Counted from the first letter of the whole stretch, positions 23,941 to 37,320 are shown. The stretch is DNA of 63,984 nt, filler included, from Octopus bimaculoides (GCF_001194135.2; 10 parts of 8 records of this genome joined end to end with filler, not necessarily neighbours in it), one strand, 5' to 3'. The notes: a model not told the origin generated them from the sequence alone. Numbers and translations are program-made.

Positions 23941-25720
23941 ATATAAAAATGCTTTCCGCAGTTAAGGGTAATGAAATTTTGAGCTGGATTTATCTAATTT
24001 GCATATTAAGGAGTTAATGATGTCATTGAATTCCACGTTAGTCATTTGAAATGAAAAACATGTGAAATAACTGTGTTGATTGATGAAACATCCGGTCTGT
24101 TTCCTTCATCAGACTATTTAGAACTAATCAAAGAGAAAAACCACTTTCACAATCACAGTGGTATTCTGAAAAATAAGAACATAATTTCAAGAGTTTACTC
24201 TATTGTTCCACAAATTCTAATTGAATGAAAACAAAATTCTATTTCTCTTAACATCGTTTGAGTCCAAAGTGTCCTTGATTCCATTAGACACCAATTTTCT
24301 TTCTTTGAAAATAGCAATCATTCTACAAACTATTATCATCAAATTTGCTGTTCATTTGCGATGAGTTATGATTGATTCTTCAACTTCTTCTCACTCTGGA
24401 GATATATTCTGGTCCATCCAGTACAAAAAATACCAAATTTGCGTAAGTTTTCTAACTTCTTTGTGAGATATTATTTTTTTGTATTGTATAAAATTTGATA
24501 ATATAAATGTTTGAAATTTTTAACCTCCACATAATCAAAGTCTTTTAGAATTTCCTGAGCTTCACTATGGAGAAAAGCATCTACAACTGTAAATTATTAT
24601 GTCTATAGTTTCAAAATCTATTTCTTTCACTTGTTTGACTTTACTTTTCTATTTTTTGATATTTATTAATGCATGAGTTCAAGAAAATTATTCAAAATAT
24701 TAAGGTATAACTCACATAAAAAAAAAATGGATAAAAAATTGAGTTAAAAATCAGAGCTTTTTCTACAGACAGAAAATAAGGTTTCAAGCTTTTGTACATT
24801 TCTGTACTTTAGAAAATAAAAGCTAAGGTGTTTTTGAGTGAGATAAAATCTTTTGTGAGATAAAATCTTTTGTTTTTAATGTCAACAAAAGAATGCAAAG
24901 TCAACCACAACAGAATTTGAACTCAGAACATGGAATGAGATGAAATGCTGCCAATAATTTTATCTGGCACGATAATGGTTCTGCCAGCTCACTGCCTTAA
25001 TAATAATAATAATAATAATAATAATCCTATCTACTAAAGTCACAGGACCTGGAATTTGCAGAGAGGGGTCCAGTTGATTACATTGACCCCAGTTTATCAC
25101 TGGTACTGTAATTTATCAACCTCAAAAGGATGAAAAGCAAAGTTGACCTTGGCAGAATTTAAACTCAGAACTAAGCATTTTGTCCAATGTGCTAATGATT
25201 CTACCAGCTTACCACCTAATTTCATGCATTATAAATATTTATTAGATGGCTGCACCAGGCTCTAATCTGATCTAGCAGAGTTTCTACAGCTGGATGCCCT
25301 TCCTAATGCCAACCACTCCGAGAATGTAGTGGATACTTTTACGTGCTACCGGCACGAGGGCTTGTCAGGCAGGAATGGCAACAGCCATGCTCAAATGGCG
25401 TCTTTTATGCGCCACCTGCACAGGAGCCAGTCCAGCGGCACTGGCAACGACCTCGCTTGAAACCATATAAAAACAAATTGAAAAATATTTATAAAAACTT
25501 AATATTTAAACCAGCCATATCTGGCTTAAATGGTCTACCTGATTTACATTCAAATTGACCAGATCCAGCCTCTCACACCTACCCTACAGTGTCAAGGAAA
25601 CCATCACATCATTGAAGTCTTGAAGCTACAAAATAATTCCTAATTAATTCAAAACAATGAGAATAAATAAGCATTATATTTGATAGAGTAATCTCAATAC
25701 TAAAGGGTTAAAAAAGAAAC

Positions 25721-26830
25721 ACTGGGATTCTGAAACCATTGTCTGAAAACTGCAACAAATTCTAGAAAACTAGGTTTTGTGGCCTCTCACCTCTAATTCA
25801 TGTACTAAATGTGGACAAGATTTTATTTGATTTTGCAGGAAATACAAGACTAAGTTTGGTCGTATTGAATATTGCTGTAGATGCAGTAAAGATTTTGTCA
25901 AAGAAGATGTAATCTAAGAATGTTTTTTAAAAAATAAACATAACCATTATCTTTTGCCATTTTGTAATTGCCATGAAGGAATTATTTCTAGTGAATAAAA
26001 TTTCGCTGTTGACATCACTTTGTGTGTGTAGGATTCTGAGACCATTGTCTAAACACTGTAACAAATTCTAGAAAACTAGGTTGTGTAGACTCTCACCTCT
26101 AATTCATGTACTAAATGTGGACAAGATTTTATNNNNNNNNNNNNNNNNNNNNNNNNNNNNNNNNNNNNNNNNNNNNNNNNNNNNNNNNNNNNNNNNNNNN
26201 NNNNNNNNNNNNNNNNNNNNNNNNNNNNNNNNNNNNNNNNNNNNNNNNNNNNNNNNNNNNNNNNNNNNNNNNNNNNNNNNNNNNNNNNNNNNNNNNNNNN
26301 NNNNNNNNNNNNNNNNNNNNNNNNNNNNNNNNNNNNNNNNNNNNNNNNNNNNNNNNNNNNNNNNNNNNNNNNNNNNNNNNNNNNNNNNNNNNNNNNNNNN
26401 NNNNNNNNNNNNNNNNNNNNNNNNNNNNNNNNNNNNNNNNNNNNNNNNNNNNNNNNNNNNNNNNNNNNNNNNNNNNNNNNNNNNNNNNNNNNNNNNNNNN
26501 NNNNNNNNNNNNNNNNNNNNNNNNNNNNNNNNNNNNNNNNNNNNNNNNNNNNNNNNNNNNNNNNNNNNNNNNNNNNNNNNNNNNNNNNNNNNNNNNNNCC
26601 TCTCACCTCTAATTCATGTACTAAATGTGGACAAGATTTTATTTGATTTTGCAGGAAATACAAGACTAAGTTTGGTCGTATTGAATATTGCTGTAGATGC
26701 AGTAAAGATTTTGTCAAAGAAGATGTAATCAAAGAATGTTTTTTAAAAAATAAACATAACCATTATCTTTTGCCATTCTGTAACTGCTATCAGGGATTTA
26801 TTCCTAGTGAGTAAAATTTTGTTGCTTACA
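25721..26830. repeat. ~305-bp tandem repeat, at least 3 copies around an assembly gap
   Basis: ggattctga[a/g]accattgtct..ctctcacctctaattcatgtactaaatgtggacaagattttatttgattttgcaggaaatacaagac at ~25724, ~26031 and ~26600. Confidence 0.85.
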
Positions 26831-26833
26831 TCA

Positions 26834-26886
<53 letters not shown>

Positions 26887-27199
26887 TACCCATACACACA
26901 TAATTTTATTAGTACTTTAGAAATGACTGTTGATTCAAGACTGTCACCAACTGATATATTTAATTTTGATATTCTTGATATCAAACTGCCACTCATGGTT
27001 GCATGATATCAACTTCCTGTTTTAAATTGTGCAAAATTTCATGTTAAATTATGTTCCAAATATTAGCTTAATAATGACAAAGTTATTTTACTAAATCCTT
27101 CATTATTTTCAAAATTGTCTAACAGACAGATCATTTCAAGAAATATGGTAGCAAAAGGGTCAGTAGTGATTCCTTTTTATTTATCAAAAGGATAATATA

Positions 27200-28436
27200 C
27201 AGTGGTTGGATAAAATAATCGGAACACCATTTTACTGTATTTTCAAAACAAAATTAGTCTTTTATAAGAATTTTAATTGCTTAGAAGTGATAAGTAAATG
27301 CATTGCTGACATCTAGAACCTAATGTTATAACCCTATATCTTACCGTTTTTAGATAACCATCTCTATATATAACAAAATGTATGACCTTATTGATTTCCA
27401 AAGAGGACAAATTGTCGGAACTCAGATGGTTAGAGCCTCAATTACTAAAACTGCAAAGCTATTCCATGTTTCAAGAAGTACTCTCTCTCTTAAATTATGA
27501 GAGCATTCCAAAAACAACACAAAATGAACTCTGCAAAGTGTAATTCTGTCAGATGTCAGTACTCACAGGAAGAGATCATAGAGCATTAAAATGCATTGTT
27601 TTCAAAAATTTTAGAACTACTACAATGAAAGTGGCTGCAGAGTTACACTAACACCTTGCAATCCCAGTTTTGACCAAAGCTGTTCATAGAAAGCTCCTTA
27701 GTGCTGGATATTATAGGAGAGCTGTAATTGCAAAACCTATCCTTTCTGCTATTGATATGGGGAAGCGATTAAAATGGTGTAAAGATCATCAGAAGTGGCC
27801 AATGGATCAATGGAAGGATGACTTGCCTTTCATGCTTTTCCTAAATTCATAGTAAGTTTACATCTGGAAGTAACCCAAAGGAGCTTATCTTCCCAGTTGC
27901 TTGCCATTAAGAATGGAGGTGGGTTTGTGATAACTTGGGCAGTGATATCTTGGAATTCCCTTGGTTCTACAGTTGTACTTCATGGCAGGGTGAATTCCCA
28001 GACATATTTACAAATTTTGGTGACCAAGTTCATCCTATGATGTAGGCATTATTTGCTAATGGTGAAGCAATCTTTGAACATGATAATGTGCCAATTCACA
28101 CTGCTACAGAGGTTTAAAATTGGTTTCAAGAACACAAAAGTGAAGTAGAACACTTAAATTGGCCTGCATAAGCATCAGATTTAAATATTTTCAAACATTT
28201 GTGATGCACTTTAGAGCAAGTGAGGAAACTCTTCCATCCTCTGATTTCTCTGAAGGAACTGGAGCAGGTTTTACTTGTTTAATGGCTACAAATTCCTCTA
28301 GAAAGCGTTCAAAAGCTATATGAGTGTATTTCTCAATGTATCGCAGCAGTTATTGTAGCCAAAAGAGGACCAACTACATACTGAATAATAAAACTCTTAT
28401 TTAGCAAGGTATTTTCATTATTTTGTCCAAGCACTG
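27200..28436 (+). mobile_element. Full-length but decayed Tc1-family transposon with DD36E spacing (Incomer-like)
   Basis: TA|CAGTGgTTGGAtAAAATAAT..GAAcACC and GGTATTTTCATTATTTTGTCCAAGCACTG|TA form ~29-bp TIRs; length 1237 bp. Translation MYDLIDFQRGQIVG..ASITKTA, AVIAKP, KWCKDH, HDNVPIHTA, WPA*ASDLNIFK, KRGPTTY*; 36 residues lie between D (28082) and the E position (28193, mutated to AAA). Confidence 0.92.
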
Positions 28437-28920
28437 TATGTAGAGTGGAGTTGATTCACACTCACAGTAGTTACTGGTACTTGTGCTTATTGCATTCAGA
28501 AGACTGGAGGGAACGGTAATTACAGATGCAATTTGAACACAGAATTAAGAGAGTGCAAACTAAACATCATAAGCCATTTAAGCTTGTGCTTTACCATTAG
28601 GATTATCACTAGCAATCAAATTTATGCTAATATTTAATATTTTGTTAAGAATCTATTCTGGAATTCTTTGGATAAACATATGGCACAAGAACTGAGGCAA
28701 ATGTTTGAATTGTCTGATTTCATTGTCCAAGTTGTCTCAAAGATGGTCTTTGTAGAAATTAGTATCTAGCTTACTGATGACTATCATTAACTTGAAAATT
28801 AACAGCTTTTTTAGTGTGGTGGTTTGTTATATATTCTTTGTTGACAGCTCACAATATGAGGTTGATTGCATATGAAGACAAGAATGACCACATTAAAATT
28901 TAACCAAGTTTACAAATATT

Positions 28921-29420
28921 TTCATTATTTATATTATTTACATTTGATGGATATTTGTCCTCATCTTGTTTGTTAAGACAACATTTCGGTTGATATACCC
29001 TCCAGCCTTCATCAGGTGTCTTGGGGAAATTTCGAACCTCGGTTCTCATTCCTAAAGTATTTTTTTATGTTGTTATTATGATTATTATTATTATTATTAT
29101 TCAGGTCACTGCCTGGAATCGAACTCGGAATCTTGGGATTAGTAGCCCGCACTCTTAATCACTACGCCATATGCCCAGTGGTTAAGAGTACGGGCTACTA
29201 ACCCCAAGATTCCAAGTTCGATTCCAGGCAGTGACCTGAATAATGATAATGATAATAATAATAATAACATCGAAAAATACCTTAGGAATGAGAACCCAGG
29301 TTCGAAATTTTCCCAAGACACCTGATGAAGGCTGGAGGGTATATCAACTGAAACATGTTAACAACAAGATGAAGACAAATATCCGTCAATTATAAATAAT
29401 GTAAATAATGTACATAATTC
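28921..29420. mobile_element. Head-to-head inverted pair of SINE family C (tRNA head, (AAT)n, hammerhead-like tail)
   Basis: Left copy (-) 28921-29176 has head gggcatatggcgtagtgattaagag..gagttcgattccagg (A and B boxes). Right copy (+) 29177-29420 lacks the first 13 nt. The two arms form a ~240-bp foldback. Confidence 0.85.
28975..29022 (-). ncRNA. Minimal type I hammerhead-like motif (Penelope type)
   Basis: aagacac-CTGATGA-a-ggctg[gagggtatat]caacc-GAAA-tgt-tgtctt: the conserved core, stem II and stem I pairing are present. The GAAAC C is mutated to T here. Confidence 0.55.
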
Positions 29421-30096
29421 TTCATCTCTTAAATATAGAACTGTACAAATATTTTATTAACCCACCTTGATATATATACAAGTGTCCTTCCAATAAATCA
29501 CTGGATCCGTTTTCGTGCGGGTGACACGTAAAAGCACCCACTACACTCTCTGAGTGGTTGGCGTTAGGAAGGGCATCCAGCTGTAGAAACTCTGCCAAAT
29601 TAGATTGGAGCCTGGTGTTGCCATCCGGTTTCACCAGTCCTCAGTCAAATCGTCCAACCCATGCTAGCATGGAAGGCGGACGTTAAACGATGATGATGAT
29701 CATCATCATTATTCAACAAACATAACAGTTTGGAATCTTCTATAATACAACATGCTAGACGAACACTAGATGAATATATATTAGGTTGATGTATATGAGA
29801 TGGATATCTTCCTCATCACCACCATCATCATCATCCTCATCCTCATCATTTTAATGTCCAGTTTCCCATGCTTTCATGTGTCAGATGGAGTTTATTGAGG
29901 AAGATTTCCTACAGCCAGATGCCCTTCTTGTTCCTAACCCTCATCTGTATCCAAGTAAGGTAATATTTCCTCATAGTGAGGAAGGATATCAAAAATGAAT
30001 AACACTGCTTGTATAACAGTGACCCTCATTTCCAGCTACCATGCGATGCCAAAGAAGCACAAACATGCAGACTGTCATACATAGACATACATACAT

Positions 30097-30130
<34 letters not shown>

Positions 30131-30396
30131 ATGGTTAGTGCACTTTACTCCCTAAGGACCACAGGACCAGTTTCCTGGTTTCTCTGGTGTATATATTTCT
30201 CCCTGGATGGGACGCCAGTCCATTGCAGGATTACTCATTTTTACCAGCTAGGTGGAGCAAGATGATATGAAGTGTTTTGCTCAAGGACACATCGCATCAC
30301 CTAGTTCAGCAACTGAAACTACAATCTTACAATCATGAGTTCAACCACTAAGCCATGCACTTCTACTATATCTATATATATATATATATATATATT

Positions 30397-30663
30397 TCAC
30401 TGCCATGGGCTGTAACTGCTGAGGACATACGTAAGCTTGCAAGGAATGAAGCCAGTATGCTCCGTTGGATGTGTAATGTCAATGTGAATACCCGTCAGAG
30501 TGTAAGTATCTTGAGAGAAAAGCTGAACATTAGAAGCATCAGTTGTGGCGTGCAAGAGAGACGATTGCGCTGGTATGGACATGTGGTGAGAATGGATGAG
30601 GATAGCTGCGTGAAAAAGTGCCACACCCTAACAGTTGAGGGAACCCGTGGAAGAGGTAGGCCC
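30397..30663 (+). mobile_element. RTE-clade LINE ORF2 C-terminal fragment, cut by a gap
   Basis: WAVTAEDIRKLARNEASMLRWMCNV...LREKL...RRLRWYGHVVRMDEDSCVKKC..VEGTRGRGRP. Confidence 0.9.
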
Positions 30664-30824
30664 NNNNNNNNNNNNNNNNNNNNNNNNNNNNNNNNNNNNN
30701 NNNNNNNTTAATTAATTAANNNNNNNNNNNNNNNNNNNNNNNNNNNNNNNNNNNNNNNNNNNNATGAGTTCGGACTCCAGGATGGTCAACTATGTTTTTC
30801 ACCCTTTCGGAGTCGATGATGATG

Positions 30825-30857
<33 letters not shown>

Positions 30858-30864
<7 letters not shown>

Positions 30865-31400
30865 TAATAATAATAATAAGGCAGTGACTCTCATGGCTTC
30901 TGATCTTAATTGATTGGAAGTGTTATCATGTACATTATTTTGTCTTGGTATAAAAAGATGGGCTACAGTAAATATTCTGCTTAATACCACAGATTTGCTT
31001 GTCAATTGTTTGACCTTAACCAGTTGAGCATGTCCCTTGGTGACTGACGATATGTGCATCTCTGATCATGAGCAGAAGTAGCGGGGGAGCCATGTGTTGA
31101 GTGGAATTCTTTGGGGTTTGAATAATTCACCTTTGGAAACATGGGTGTTTCATTCAACACTCTTAAACAATTTTTATTCAGGGACCTTTTGAGTGGGATG
31201 GGCTACTCAGCCTGGAGAAGATTCTAACTGGGCCCCACCTGCGAGATCATGTGCTGTTTATCTTGATATGAGATCATCATGTCACGCACATATGGTTGTG
31301 ATGCATGTGCCTGGTGTACCCTTATCAGACGGGTAGTCATGATGGGCACACTTTACCCCAGTGTCACTTTGATGGCATGCACGGGTCTCTCACTCAATGA
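30858..31400 (+). repeat. Unclassified interspersed repeat-like segment between (AAT)n and (GAT)n tracts
   Basis: GC-richer non-coding block bounded by microsatellites and ending in a (GAT)n tail, like a retroposon 3' end. Single copy in this window. Confidence 0.4.
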
Positions 31401-31422
31401 TGATGATGATGATGATGATCGT

Positions 31423-31468
<46 letters not shown>

Positions 31469-32111
31469 GTAAACTGCAAGAAATTGTTTTAATTGACACA
31501 CCACATATTGTGAAGGGTAATGTCGCTGTGAGAATGATAATCTTCCATGTAAATACTTCTCTTTCCTTTTACATAACTATATTTGATTTTGTATATAAAC
31601 AATCTGGTGTGTTTATTTTAATGACCTATCAATGTATCCTGTGAGTTTCTTTGTCCTAGGTGTCGGGAAGACACTCGGCAAGAAATAGAAACAAAATTGA
31701 TGGAAGAAAATCTGCGAATAATTATGATCCTTTCTACTACAGGCACAAGGAGAAATGGGGATGGTGAACGGGTAAAAGAGGGAATACGGAAAAATATATT
31801 GGGTTCACAAATGATATAACTAAACAATTATATATATATATATNNNNNNNNNNNNNNNNNNNNNNNNNNNNNNNNNNNNNNNNNNNNNNNNNNNNNNNNN
31901 NNNNNNNNNNNNNNNNNNNNNNNNNNNNNNNNNNNNNNNNNNNNNNNNNNNNNNNNNNNNNNNNNNNNNNNNNNNNNNNNNNNNNNNNNNNNNNNNNNNN
32001 NNNNNNNNNNNNNNNNNNNNNNNNNNNNNNNNNNNNNNNNNNNNNNNNNNNNNNNNNNNNNNNNNNNNNNNNNNNNNNNNNNNNNNNNNNNNNNNNNNNN
32101 NNNNNNNNATA

Positions 32112-32142
<31 letters not shown>

Positions 32143-32489
32143 GCGATGATTTGAAAAGCGGTGACGAGTGACAATTTTGTAAATAATAATAATAATAATA
32201 GCTTATAAGCTTAAAGCTTATAAGCGATCCAATTTAATACACATATCCAAAGAGCTACTAATAGTTTCAGTATGTATATTAAATTAGTATATATTTCTCA
32301 CTAGATGGAGTACTTTTTTGTTGATTCTACCTGTATTGGATAATAGAAACACAGGGTATATTAGGTCTACGCTCAGGAAAAATTAGAGGTCTTTTACATT
32401 TCGAGCATGTGCTCTTCTGCAGAAAAAATAGACAAGGAAAGAGAAAAAAAATGAAGCAGAAAACAGAACATGTCTCAATTAGACAGTCA

Positions 32490-32740
32490 CTGCATGCTGT
32501 GACATACATACGCTGAACTATTGAGAAATCTACAGTTATACTACCCATATTACAAGTTCAGGCTTATACCTGTAATTACTGGGGCGCTAGGATATGTAAC
32601 ACACTGGTTAAGTACCAATCTTGAGGAATTAGGCTTCTCAAAACCAGAAAGGAGAAAAGTATTTCGAAGACTACTGATCCAAGCCATTACTGGTCTTGTA
32701 GAAATTTGTAAAACCTTCCAGAAGTTTAACAGTTAATTTT
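32490..32740 (+). mobile_element. C-terminal fragment of an RLE-type non-LTR element
   Basis: YAELLRNLQLYYPYYKFRLIPVITGALGYV...LEELGF...LIQAITGLVEICKTF matches the RLE C-terminal K-Y..L...P-[IV]-[IV]-x-GALG motif. Confidence 0.7.
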
Positions 32741-33184
32741 TATTTTGAGCATGTCGAGATATGCAACTATATGCATGAAACAAATACATAAAACAAAACG
32801 TACAAATACTGCGATATTTTTTTTCTAGGAGGACAAAGTGTGCTTTGAGGAAATTTAGCTGTTTTTTGTAGCAGCTTGAACGACCACAGAGACGTTCTTT
32901 GCATACATTTGAGAAAAATATTTTCGGTGTTTTAGAGAGATGTAGGAACACTGTCATTTCCGGGACAAACGAAACTTTTACTCATAAGATGAACCAGGTA
33001 GTTTATGGAAATTTGCATTGACACACACACTCACTTTCTCTCTCTCTTTCTCTCTCACACACACACACACATCCCGCATCTTCATGTGTGTATGTGTATT
33101 CATGTGTGTATATGTATGTATGTGTGTGTGTGTGAGAGAGAGAGAGTATGTATGTACACACAGACATATACATATATCTTTTAT

Positions 33185-33391
33185 CTCTTATCTTTTACTT
33201 GTTTCAGTCATTGGACTGCGGTCATACTGGGGCACCACTTTGAAGAATTTTTAGTTGAATGAATCGACCCCAGTATTTTTAACCAGGTACTTATTCTATC
33301 GGTCTTATTGGCCGAACCGCTAAGTTATGGGGACCGTAAATGTACCGACACCAGTCGTCAAGCTGTGGTCACACACACACACACACACACA

Positions 33392-33422
<31 letters not shown>

Positions 33423-33590
33423 NNNNNNNNNNNNNNNNNNNNNNNNNNNNNNNNNNNNNNNNNNNNNNNNNNNNNNNNNNNNNNNNNNNNNNNNNNNNNN
33501 NNNNNNNNNNNNNNNNNNNNNNNNNNNNNNATATACACACACGACAGGCTTCTTTACAGTTTCCGTCTACCAAATCCACTCTCAATCAAC
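33185..33590 (-). mobile_element. SINE family A (gap inside)
   Basis: cttttacttgtttcagtcattggactgcggtcatactgggg..ccgaaccgctaagttatgggga..ttccgtctaccaaatccactc. Confidence 0.8.
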
Positions 33591-34199
33591 ACTCGAAAAC
33601 GAATCACTGCAAAATTTGTTAGAAACATGCGTTTTAAGAGAATGCATATTCTTAAAATCTCCCTATTGCGCTGAATACTAGGTTTCGGGTATCATGGATT
33701 GTGTGTGTGTTGGAGTATATGATCTTCTTCCTTGTCAGATATTAATTGATGTGTGTCTGTTTATAGTGGTGACAATCGATCTTCAGAAAGAACCAAAAAT
33801 GCTATATCGAAGTTGTACTTGTCTCGCAAATAAATTAATCTAAAAACCGTGAGTTGAAACTTAAAGCAATTCTAGCGTGGAAGACTGAATTTAAACCAGT
33901 GGAACTGTGTCAGTGACCAGGTCGCAGACCATGCGACAGAAATTTTATTACCACCAGGTAATGAATTGTGAACTATTTAACTGCGAAATTAAATTTGATG
34001 GTATTCCAGTAATGATGTTAAATATCTCACCCAAAGAGTTGGTATTATCTGCAAATCATGTTGCTTCACTAAACTTGACATATCATAGGCGCAAGTAAGA
34101 ATCTTGCTTACCAAAAACATGGTGCCGGGTTTACTCTCTCTGTGGTCGACCAAAGCATTGTGAGTGGATTTCGTAGACAGAAATTGAAAGAAGCCCGAC

Positions 34200-34235
<36 letters not shown>

Positions 34236-35306
34236 TCATAAATATACAGGGATTCGCATTGAGTTGCTTCTCCAGCATACTGAAAATTTAGAAATAGCAG
34301 TCAAAGAACTACTGATTCTAAACTACAAATTTTTCTCTNNNNNNNNNNNNNNNNNNNNNNNNNNNNNNNNNNNNNNNNNNNNNNNNNNNNNNNNNNNNNN
34401 NNNNNNNNNNNNNNNNNNNNNNNNNNNNNNNNNNNNNNNNNNNNNNNNNNNNNNNNNNNNNNNNNNNNNNNNNNNNNNNNNNNNNNNNNNNNNNNNNNNN
34501 NNNNNNNNNNNNNNNNNNNNNNNNNNNNNNNNNNNNNNNNNNNNNNNNNNNNNNNNNNNNNNNNNNNNNNNNNNNNNNNNNNNNNNNNNNNNNNNNNNNN
34601 NNNNNNNNNNNNNNNNNNNNNNNNNNNNNNNNNNNNNNNNNNNNNNNNNNNNNNNNNNNNNNNNNNNNNNNNNNNNNNNNNNNNNNNNNNNNNNNNNNNN
34701 NNNNNNNNNNNNNNNNNNNNNNNNNNNNNNNNNNNNNNNNNNNNNNNNNNNNNNNNNNNNNNNNNNNNNNNNNNNNNNNNNNNNNNNNNNNNNNNNNNNN
34801 NNNNNNNNNNNNNNNNNNNNNNNNNNNNNNNNNNNNNNNNNNNNNNNNNNNNNNNNNNNNNNNNNNNNNNNNNNNNNNNNNNNNNNNNNNNNNNNNNNNN
34901 NNNNNNNNNNNNNNNNNNNNNNNNNNNNNNNNNNNNNNNNNNNNNNNNNNNNNNNNNNNNNNNNNNNNNNNNNNNNNNNNNNNNNNNNNNNNNNNNNNNN
35001 NNNNNNNNNNNNNNNNNNNNNNNNNNNNNNNNNNNNNNNNNNNNNNNNNNNNNNNNNNNNNNNNNNNNNNNNNNNNNNNNNNNNNNNNNNNNNNNNNNNN
35101 NNNNNNNNNNNNNNNNNNNNNNNNNNNNNNNNNNNNNNNNNNNNNNNNNNNNNNNNNNNNNNNNNNNNNNNNNNNNNNNNNNNNNNNNNNNNNNNNNNNN
35201 NNNNNNNNNNNNNNNNNNNNNNNNNNNNNNNNNNNNNNNNNNNNNNNNNNNNNNNNNNNNNNNNNNNNNNNNNNNNNNNNNNNNNNNNNNNNNNNNNNNN
35301 NNNNNN

Positions 35307-35365
<59 letters not shown>

Positions 35366-35847
35366 TACATACATATGTATTATATATATATATGCATGCA
35401 TGTATTTATGTAAGTATGTATGTATGTATGCATGTATGTATGTATGTATGCATGTATGTATGTATGTATGTATGTATGCATGTATGTATGTATGTATGTA
35501 TGTATGCATGTATGTATGTATGTATGTATGAATGTATGTGTAAACACTTATAAACAGGCGCTCACGTACACACGCGTAATTATATTTTGTGTACAGTGTT
35601 GCACTGCAGGAGATTTCCTTCATCAGCTGTCGGCTGGAAATCACAATAATTTTGGCACCTTCCGGTAGCATCACGCCCCCCTCCCCCCCGCTTGGCGGCC
35701 CCCGATGAGCAGCTTTAATGCTACCAAAGGAATACCTAGTTTCTTTCGACCCACATTCTAACATACTTTACCGCCCACTGTTAGCCATGCAGCCGCATCA
35801 GCAACGCGAACCATATATGTGTGTGTGTGTATGTATATGTGTAAATA

Positions 35848-35916
<69 letters not shown>

Positions 35917-36144
35917 TGTGTGTGTGTTTCTTTCATCTTTTGCTTGTTTCATTCATTAGACTGCGGCTATGGTCGAGTATGGCCCAACGACTCCGCCCCA
36001 ATTCGTTTATTTAAGCCCATTATTTATTCTATCGTTCTCTTATTGGCGACCCACTATGTTACGGGGAAGTAGACAAACTAACACCAGTTGTCAAGCGGTA
36101 GTTGGGTGCAAAGACACACACGAAAAAAAACACATGCACACATA

Positions 36145-36207
<63 letters not shown>

Positions 36208-37074
36208 NNNNNNNNNNNNNNNNNNNNNNNNNNNNNNNNNNNNNNNNNNNNNNNNNNNNNNNNNNNNNNNNNNNNNNNNNNNNNNNNNNNNNNNNNNNNN
36301 NNNNNNNNNNNNNNNNNNNNNNNNNNNNNNNNNNNNNNNNNNNNNNNNNNNNNNNNNNNNNNNNNNNNNNNNNNNNNNNNNNNNNNNNNNNNNNNNNNNN
36401 NNNNNNNNNNNNNNNNNNNNNNNNNNNNNNNNNNNNNNNNNNNNNNNNNNNNNNNNNNNNNNNNNNNNNNNNNNNNNNNNNNNNNNNNNNNNNNNNNNNN
36501 NNNNNNNNNNNNNNNNNNNNNNNNNNNNNNNNNNNNNNNNNNNNNNNNNNNNNNNNNNNNNNNNNNNNNNNNNNNNNNNNNNNNNNNNNNNNNNNNNNNN
36601 NNNNNNNNNNNNNNNNNNNNNNNNNNNNNNNNNNNNNNNNNNNNNNNNNNNNNNNNNNNNNNNNNNNNNNNNNNNNNNNNNNNNNNNNNNNNNNNNNNNN
36701 NNNNATATATATATATATATAGTTCAAAAAAACAATAACAAAAAAACAAAAAAACAACAAAGTGAGGACGTGATATGGATAGTATTATTGGACATATATA
36801 TATATATTGATTATTGTGTCCGGGGAGAGTCATTCTCTTTTAGCGCCTTCTTAATTAACACACTCACCGGTTTGATTTACACTCATTTATTTATTTACTT
36901 ATTTATCTATTTTAGAAAAGATAAATGAACAAATGAGTGGAAATCGAACGGTGTGTGTGTTAAGTAATAGGGCACTAAAAGCGAATGACTCTCCCCAGAC
37001 ACAATGAAATATGTTTCAACATTTGCTCATACATTCATGTGTGCATGCACACATACCCACATACACACACACAC

Positions 37075-37320
37075 ACATATGGCAAGAGCCGTTTTAGCGA
37101 TGCGTCCTGCCCAGCTCTTCGAAACGCCGGTGTTAAAACGGGGGTAGCTGATGAAGAAGAATGTTCTCTATGTGGCTTGTGTGTTTTCTCGTCTACGTTT
37201 TGTTTGCAATGTCCTGTACCCAGATATGCACCTATACATACAGTTGGATGTCGGTATGCACATACCTGTACGTATATATGCATATACTCATTTACTATTT
37301 GTTTTTACATACATACATAC
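37075..37320 (+). mobile_element. Penelope-like terminal repeat, copy 1
   Basis: aagagcc..gcgtcctgccc..gctcttcGAAACgccgg..gCTGATGAag..atgttctctatgtggc..gtacccagatatgca, shared with 40165-40680 (-) and 55760-56158 (+). The Penelope assignment is inferred from the CTGATGA and GAAAC motifs. Confidence 0.55.

Noticed and set aside
29105-29176. Apparent tRNA gene (and tRNA-Trp pieces at 23572-23657)
   Set aside because: It is a SINE head with an imperfect acceptor stem, fused to a repeat body. The Trp pieces are 3' halves with encoded CCA, not genes.
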